DNA of 6,196 nucleotides from Trichoplax adhaerens (Eukaryota; Animalia; Placozoa): assembly GCF_000150275.1 (NCBI RefSeq), contig NW_002061326.1, forward strand, positions 1-6,196. Direction: 5' to 3'. Each line of letters opens with the position of its first letter. Within the stretch, counting starts at the first letter, position 1. The position numbers and the translations under genes are program-made. The notes under the pieces were generated by a model that saw only the letters and a program-made list of their open reading frames with translations, made no database searches and was not told the origin of the DNA. Shown here one piece after another: positions 1-6,196 of this stretch.

Positions 1-582
1 ATCTATAGCAGAGTATTTGAACATCTAACTAACTTGTAAAGTGATTCCTGATATAAATAAGACAGGGTTATCTTAAAATTTAGGAACTGTCGCTCATGCA
101 AACAAAATAAATATTCCGTAACGCTGATGTGAATCAAAATGAATAAGGCCATATTAATCTATTCAGGAAATACGCGCGCGCTTAACAAGTTAAAAATATA
201 ACAAGATACACTTTAGTCTTATGTGTTACAAGGTAGATGTTCTTACTGCAGTCTTTCATTAACTATAATCTTTAACTCATTACTAATCAATCACTTAAAT
301 ATTTTTAAATATTGTATAAAATTTATGTACTGTGTTCAACTTATAACTTTGTATTAACCAAGGAAACTCTTGGATTGATCAATTAATTGGATAGTATTTT
401 ACGTCAGTTTTCCGTGATTAAACTACCACAGTAACAGATACAATTAATATTACTCATTTTCAGTAGGCATCATCGGTATACAATTAAAATATCTTACGAA
501 GACAACAGCATATCTTAGAAATAATAGACTAACTAATTTATTTACGTCCTACTCTTTTACTGAATATGTATATTTTGTATAC

Positions 583-675
583 CTGTATTGACAGGCTCTA
601 TCTGCTTTGGTGTGATATCGTCAGGTAACGTCGATTTTACTTGTTTGTTAGAAGATGAAGATGATATCCGATTTT
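583..675 (-). CDS. 93-nt phase 1-1 linker exon, (K)NRISSSSSNKQVKSTLPDDITPKQIEPVNT
   Basis: Branch-like ttctgat (697-691), acceptor ttttaaaactag|AA, donor CAG|gtatac. Open in the continuing frame; Ser/Pro/Thr-rich, typical of a disordered linker. Confidence 0.72.
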
Positions 676-939
676 CTAGTTTTAAAAGTAATCAGAAGTT
701 TAATACATGTGATTATTATATGCGATACAATTAACGTCAAACTGTTTTAAATTCGAGCAACGGGACGCTAATATACAGTAGTTATAGCAAATTGCATAAT
801 AGATTGATAAATTAAGAATTAAATATACTTGATAACTGCAACAGTTACTATTAATGAATATAAATAAAATACATTTAGAAAAAATATCATCATGTAAATA
901 ACATCTGCCAGAGTATTTTTATGACGCTTATATTGTTAC

Positions 940-993
940 TTTTCACTTGTCGAACTTGGCTATCTGTTGTATGAGTGGAACTTGCAGCTCTTT
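940..993 (-). CDS. 54-nt phase 1-1 linker exon, (K)RAASSTHTTDSQVRQVK
   Basis: Acceptor cctactttatgtcaatctag|AA, donor AAAA|gtaaca. Open in the continuing frame and locally more GC-rich than the flanks; the upstream intron is 89 nt. Confidence 0.65.
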
Positions 994-1082
994 CTAGATT
1001 GACATAAAGTAGGATATATATTAAAATACTTTTATTTAAAAGAGGATCACAGAGAATAGTCTAATGATGCTTTAAATATTAC

Positions 1083-1136
1083 TTTTAGAAGCTTTAGTTC
1101 GACTACTAGTTGCTTGATTTCGACTTGTTAAATTAT
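1083..1136 (-). CDS. 54-nt phase 1-1 linker exon, (D)NLTSRNQATSSRTKASK
   Basis: Branch-like tactaat (1163-1157), acceptor ttattttaccaatttag|AT, donor AAAA|gtaata. Open and in frame with the CARD exon; length divisible by 3. Confidence 0.7.
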
Positions 1137-1322
1137 CTAAATTGGTAAAATAAATAATTAGTAATAATCAATTAACAGCATTCTTGACATTATAATAACA
1201 GTACAAGTTATTTAAATCCAATAAATACAAAGGTTGCACTGAGTTTATGAGTTAACATTCATTTCCCAAAAGAGAATATTTTGGAGTACTCCTTATTTAT
1301 AAAAGTCGAGAAAGCTATTTAC

Positions 1323-1635
1323 CTTTATTTTCTGCAGTTTTATTAGCCTCTTTTTCTAATCGCTTACCAAGTTTTCGAACACTACGAATATTGCTCTCTT
1401 TTAGCAAGCAACAAAATTGATAAAAGTTATCATCGCTCCTTGATTCCAGTACTTTTAGGAATTCAAAGGCTCGTTCTTTGTCAGTTTTACAGTCATCTCT
1501 CAGTTTTACGACTTCTTCATTAGATAAAATTTGTACACCACGTAGATCATATAGTATATCTACCAAAGGGACGCTTGTGCTTATTTATGAATAATTTTGG
1601 TCAATGACTCCTTTAATAGCTCGGCTTACAACCAT
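1323..1635 (-). CDS. CARD (caspase recruitment domain, death-fold superfamily) coding exon, interrupted by TAA at codon 17
   Basis: The translation fits the CARD pattern by eye: ILYDLRGVQILSNEEVVKL resembles 'ild.L....vlt.ee.e.i', and KTDKERAFEFLKVLESRSDDNFYQFCCLLKES resembles 't..ekar.lld.L..rg..af..F...L.e'. The in-frame ATG at 1635-1633 (context AAAATGG) is 23 codons upstream of the ORF-track TTG and supplies the helix-1 region. Acceptor ttgcatattttcatatag|G precedes 1655; donor AAG|gtaaat follows 1323. Confidence 0.8.
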
Positions 1636-1707
1636 TTTATACGTAGCTGTTACTCCTATATGAAAATATGCAAGATCCAATTTAAGATAAATTGGGAGCA
1701 ATACATA

Positions 1708-1725
1708 CGGTATACATGTATACCG
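1708..1725. repeat. Perfect 18-bp palindrome
   Basis: CGGTATACATGTATACCG equals its own reverse complement. Confidence 0.9.
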
Positions 1726-2542
1726 GATATAAATTAAAATTAGCTATGAAAAACGAAGTACTTTAAAAGGATAAGTTTAGTTTTAGTCAGCTATTTCGCC
1801 TACATTCCTTTACAGCATTATGCTGATTCTTTTAGACTAAGTTAATTGCTATCTCATCGCTTACGGTATAAATTATCTTGCGAATTACTAGAGTTATGAT
1901 AGTATTGTAGTACGAGATAAATGCTATTTACGTATTCAACAATTCAATTGATTTCATCATATGAATGAAGTTGATACTTGCTATATTATTAGGAATATAA
2001 GTGAAATATTTGGTAGATTAATTGGTAAGATTTTTTGTAGCACAATGGAGAAACAATGTAAATGATCTTTTTATATTTACTTCAAGGACGATTTACAGTT
2101 AAAAAATGAAATAGTATTGTAATATTTCAGTTCTATTCAGTTTTACTGGTAGCCATTGAATGTTAACTATATAAGTTCTGTACTAGCAAAGACTGAAGTC
2201 AGCAATCAAAAGAATCGCCATTTTGTACTTTATGAACTAATAATGCATACCAGGGTAACGTGATGTATAATGGATGTTAGCAATTCTTACAGGTGCCTCA
2301 TAATATTGAATTTAACTGAAATAAGGATGAATAATACGAAAACATAACGACTGATAACGGGCTGGTTAAGGATAAGGATTCATTGCATCGATGATAAACG
2401 CTGATTTGCTCTTAAACTATGTGCGAGTATATTGAAGAAGTACTAAATATTCGCGTATAAACTACTTGGCATGTCTTACTGATACAAGATGAGAAATATC
2501 TTAATCAAAGCACTAATCCATGATAAGTAATAAGTAAGAAGT

Positions 2543-2683
2543 ATATGAGTACTTTATTTTCCTCAGAATCAGTTTTTGTAGTATCTGTAATATAATACTT
2601 TTTGTTAAACATGATTCTTAAATAGATTAGCCTGAGCCGGTACATCTGCAATATGATGTACTTTATTTTCTTCAAAATCAGTT
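2543..2683. repeat. Short imperfect direct repeat, two copies of about 33 bp
   Basis: 2543-2574 atatga-gtactttattttcctcagaatcagtt vs 2651-2683 atatgatgtactttattttcttcaaaatcagtt: 30 of 33 columns identical, 1 gap, 2 transitions. Confidence 0.85.
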
Positions 2684-4475
2684 ATTACTTGCATCGCACG
2701 CCAGTTAATACAGGGTTGCATCAAGCCTTAGTATCCTAACTTTGCAGAAATTTAGAGTATCTACGTAAATTAATAATACCTTGGTTTAACTTTTTATAAG
2801 CTATCAACTGTAGTAAGGTAATTAAATAGTAGTAAAATCATAAATTACTGCAATTATTATTTATGTATCCGTTAATGAAACAAGTTATATGCTTAAATAC
2901 ATGAAGAATCCGCTAACTTTAAATCGATAGTAAGTATACTCATATGCTTTCTCCAGCCGAAACACTAGTAACGGAGCGACTTTTCAGGCCAAATAATCTA
3001 CCATAAATAAGAGCGATTTGTGAGCCATTTAAAATCCGCAATCACTGTAATTGTTTCATGCCTGACCCACAATACCAAAAACTAAATGGATTATGATAGT
3101 TTGGTTTCATGATAGTCATTACAAGAGTATACCGTACATTACATTACTACAGTAGTAAAATATACTAAAATATGTACTTAGAACTGAAAATGATCGCAGT
3201 CACCTCTCAAGTTTAACCATTTTCTCCTACAAGTAAATCTCGTAATAGACGATAAAACTGTCAGCGATTTGAGAAAAAAGTGATTTACGAAGATCTACAG
3301 TATAATCTTGTTGACTAAATAACCAATTTTTTATCATATACATACATGGACCGTATCATATCCTAAACGATCCATCTAACCTAATTTGAGTGATTTCCCA
3401 TTGGTCAAATGATACGCTATAATATATTTTTATTGACTTTTAAACATAATTAACTCCTACATCGTAATTAATCATATAAGGATTTATTTCTTCTGTTATC
3501 CCATTTATTTTGTAAAGAGGTAATGTAAATGAATGGGAATAGCCTTCAACTTCATAAAGAGACACTGATCATATTTAATACAAAAAAATGATTAACTGCA
3601 TAAACCCCAGAATGATTCTTTGTAAACCGTAAAAATTCAATTCTCTGTAAGCTATTTAAGACTAAAGGGATAAAAGATCAGGAAGAAAAAGGTTTTTATC
3701 GTTTTGTTTTAAGACGATGAGCTTGCAATCTAATTCATTACGCTAACACATTAGCTCCAATTTTTGATGCCATCACGCTTCCTTCAAGTACACTTTTGGC
3801 ATAAAAATAAGTAGAACACTGTTCCGTCTAGGATAGATGATTTACGATGATTGTAGATACGTAGTGAAGAAATAGTAGGCTTTAAAACTAAAATCTTTCA
3901 ATACGTACGTTCAAGTTAATAAATTTAATATTGTATCAAAATAAAATAAATCACAAGCTCAGGTTAAAAACTGGAACAAGGATTATCGAGTAATGTTAAG
4001 TTAAGAATAGAATTAAAGGCGTCAAGCTTATGATAAACACGTAGCATATAAAAATAAAATACACGGAAGGAAATATAGAGAATTCTATCTACACGAGTAA
4101 CAGATTTTGGCAAGTGATTCTCTTCGATATGCTCTACGGACATACAAGACATTTTAGGCGCAATAAACCCCAATAGACACACTAGGAAGATAAATATTGA
4201 AATGCTGAATGTAAGGGCCGTATCCGTAATGCATACGTTTATGCGACTATGTCATGAATTATAAGAGTAGAATCAATAGCATCTATTATGGTGTAGAACT
4301 AGCAGATTTATGCACTGACTAATTTGGGTGATGATTGTTACTTGATATTAACAGAGAAATAGCGCGGATTTCTGATCATCATTTTTAAATCACAAATATC
4401 AATTTTATACTATTTCAACAAATAAGAAGTAATTGATTTCATCTTCCTTCAGATACGGAACGCAAGGGCGCTTAC

Positions 4476-4540
4476 TCTCTTTATACTGCAGTGCCTTATC
4501 TTTGGGTGTCTGTTTTATATGTATCGCTTGCTTTTACCTG
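4476..4540 (-). other. Candidate internal 5'-UTR exon with tandem NAGNAG acceptor
   Basis: acaattttag|CAG|GTAAAAG acceptor pair (exon start 4540 or 4537), donor AGA|gtaagc. No ATG, and stops in all three frames. Confidence 0.25.
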
Positions 4541-4580
4541 CTAAAATTGTTATTATCAAAGTACTTATCATTAGTTTATA

Positions 4581-4598
4581 TTTTTTTTTGGGGGGGGG
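4581..4598. repeat. Adjacent homopolymers T9G9
   Basis: T at 4581-4589 immediately followed by G at 4590-4598. Confidence 0.9.
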
Positions 4599-4814
4599 AG
4601 GAAATAGGTTAACGGAAAAGTAGCACTTTAGTTATTGTCCGCTATTTGTAGTAAGTCAAGTTAAAAGGGTATAATAGAAGCGATCAGATCGATTTGAGTG
4701 CACAATAAAGTCGTTGTAAGATGTAAACCATCAACGAAATAGACTCAAATAGATCATAAAATCACTAGTGGAATAAATGTAAAGAGAAGATATAGTCGGA
4801 CACTATTATCATAC

Positions 4815-4960
4815 CTGCTTCAATGGATTGTAGTTTGACGTTAAAATTTATGACGCCTGTAATATTTCTGATACGTGCCAGGGAGATTAGTAAATAGGAT
4901 AACGGTGATGTAGCTCCGTTTGCCAGATATTTTTAAGAGTTAATTTGTTCTACCTCAAGC
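4815..4960 (-). other. Candidate non-coding first exon (5' UTR)
   Basis: Begins about 30 nt downstream of the TATA box, contains no ATG on the minus strand and ends at a good donor CAG|gtatga. The 5' boundary is approximate. Confidence 0.33.
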
Positions 4961-4980
4961 GGCCGTAGGATAGTTAACAG

Positions 4981-5090
4981 CTTTTATATCTACGCAATAC
5001 GATACAAACTAATGACTCATGTACGCTAATACGATTGGCTAGAGCATCTACAATCACGTGTTAAATATATTACAACGCCCGCCAATTTTC
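4981..5090 (-). promoter_or_regulatory. Candidate RNA polymerase II promoter oriented toward the CARD gene
   Basis: Minus-strand TATAAAAG (4988-4981), AP-1/bZIP site ATGACTCAT (5012-5020), NF-Y-type AGCCAATCG on minus (5040-5032), E-box CACGTG (5055-5060) and GC-rich GCCCGCCAAT (5077-5086). Order and spacing match a canonical TATA/CCAAT promoter with a TSS near 4960. Confidence 0.45.
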
Positions 5091-6196
5091 CAGAGAGGTA
5101 AAAGAAGAAAAAGCTATATACGATTCTTTAATGGCAGCAGCCATCCTTGATTATCTTCATTATGTATAATTATAAATTCGCCGATCTTACCAGTTGTTCC
5201 TTTTTATTTTTGACTAGTCAATCTACAGAACTATAAATTGCAAGCGTAGTAGATAATTTTATTGTCTGATTTTCACGTTAAGATAAATTATTTCTTGTAT
5301 CACTTCACTAATTTATGATATTGCATGAGCATAAATAAGTAATAGACTGTATTAAGTATTATACCTACATTTTAGCCAGAAAAAAATCGACGATCTTCAA
5401 TGTATCGTTATGGTGATAATCATTTAAAATTAACTTTATCGATGCATAGTATAATTATAATCAAAACAGCAAACTGCTTAATCGCCTGTTTCCGTTATCT
5501 AAGCCGATTATTATTCATGCCAGTTCATTAAAACTGACTTGTGTATCTCCCAATTAATATGATCCAAAAATTATCTAGTCAAGTTTCACACATCAAGGAT
5601 AATTACTTTCAGTTTTCTACCGTCGTTACTTTAAAACAAGAACATCAACCTCGATGGCTTAGGTTTTGTATATTTATTATTACGAATCTTTATAATTTCT
5701 TCGCCCTTTACCGCATTTAAGTTTGCTCACATTGCCTTATTGCAATATGCATCTGCATGATCTATTTCAGCTATAAATAGCCTGAAGGATCTTTCCCTAA
5801 TTATGACATAATAAACTAAGCAGGCACTCTAATACAACATAGGATGCAGCAGCTATCTCAGGCTCTATCGAGTATCATTGTTACAAAAGACTTATAACAG
5901 AAACCACTGAACTAAACCCAGAAATCTAGGTTAAACACACTGCAATGCTGTAGAGACTAGAGACTAGTCTTCAACCGGCTAATGATACCCGCAGTAGGCG
6001 TACATTTCATTACTGAATTGCTGAAAGGGTTGCATTAATTTAGTATCCGTTTTTCTAAGTTCGTATGAGGCAATAACATGGTATCCAGTACTATTTACTA
6101 GAAATATCTCATGTTAATGAGCAGAAATGGAATAGAGTCTAAGTTTATTTCGATTGCTAGCCTGAGGCATCAATTTTTCTGCTTTACTTTTTAGTA

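Larger units (their letters stand above)
583..1635 (-). pseudogene. Spliced CARD-domain gene (N-terminal CARD + low-complexity linker, 3' end probably outside window) with one premature in-frame stop; probable recent pseudogene or null allele
   Basis: Joining 1635-1323, 1136-1083, 993-940 and 675-583 at GT..AG introns gives one frame: MVVSRAIKGVIDQNYS*ISTSVPLVDILYDLRGVQILSNEEVVKLRDDCKTDKERAFEFLKVLESRSDDNFYQFCCLLKESNIRSVRKLGKRLEKEANKTAENK-DNLTSRNQATSSRTKASK-KRAASSTHTTDSQVRQVK-KNRISSSSSNKQVKSTLPDDITPKQIEPVNT. The only disruption is TAA at 1587-1585. Confidence 0.65.

Noticed and set aside
173-181. CGCGCGCGC run, plus short palindromes or tandem repeats elsewhere (1283-1292, 5210-5221, 5951-5970)
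   Set aside because: Too short to exceed chance or to assign a function.
729-767. Extra 39-nt phase-1 exon candidate (minus)
   Set aside because: Weak donor, very short following intron, and joining it to the next exon forms TAA.
1315-1566. ORF-track model of a stand-alone 83-aa protein starting at TTG
   Set aside because: It truncates the CARD; the frame extends to ATG 1635 across one TAA, and the 3' end coincides with a splice donor.
1585-1587. TAA as Gln under a ciliate-type genetic code
   Set aside because: All other Gln codons in the four exons are CAA/CAG, and no other in-frame TAA/TAG occurs.
1653-1657. AGGAG upstream of the ATG as a Shine-Dalgarno site (bacterial CARD defence gene)
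   Set aside because: It is 17 nt from the ATG and coincides with the AG|G splice acceptor. Very low coding density and intron structure argue against a prokaryotic source.
1860-2810. Several 20-30 nt AG...GTAAG/GTATT-bounded micro-exon candidates on minus
   Set aside because: GTAAG occurs at similar frequency on both strands in this window, so these cannot be distinguished from chance without RNA data.
3964-4182. 72-aa minus-strand ORF from the ORF track
   Set aside because: GTG start in a eukaryotic context, no recognisable motif, AT-driven composition; consistent with a chance ORF.
4453-4623. Plus-strand hydrophobic open stretch after a pyrimidine-rich AG
   Set aside because: Hydrophobicity is explained by T-richness; no partner exons or recognisable motif.
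1-6196. CRISPR array, tRNA/rRNA, transposase or terminal inverted repeats
   Set aside because: No regularly spaced repeats, cloverleaf or rRNA motifs, transposase-like frames or paired termini were seen by eye.

Overview
AT-rich (roughly 30% GC by eye) eukaryotic, probably animal, genomic DNA; style and content are reminiscent of a compact basal-metazoan genome such as a placozoan, but the taxon is only an inference. The main content is the 5' part of a minus-strand, intron-containing gene. A 333-nt exon (1655-1323) encodes a CARD-like death-fold domain starting at ATG 1635. Three short phase-1 exons follow (1136-1083, 993-940, 675-583), encoding a Ser/Thr/Lys-rich linker, and the gene probably continues beyond position 1. 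The CARD exon carries a single in-frame TAA at codon 17 (1587-1585), which the ORF track hides by starting at a TTG. The locus is therefore a recent pseudogene, a null allele, a readthrough/recoding case or a sequence error. About 3.3 kb upstream is a minus-oriented Pol II promoter-like cluster (TATAAAAG, AGCCAATCG, ATGACTCAT, CACGTG), followed by ATG-free candidate 5'-UTR exons. The rest is non-coding apart from small repeats and palindromes. I see no prokaryotic system, RNA gene, CRISPR array or recognisable mobile element.
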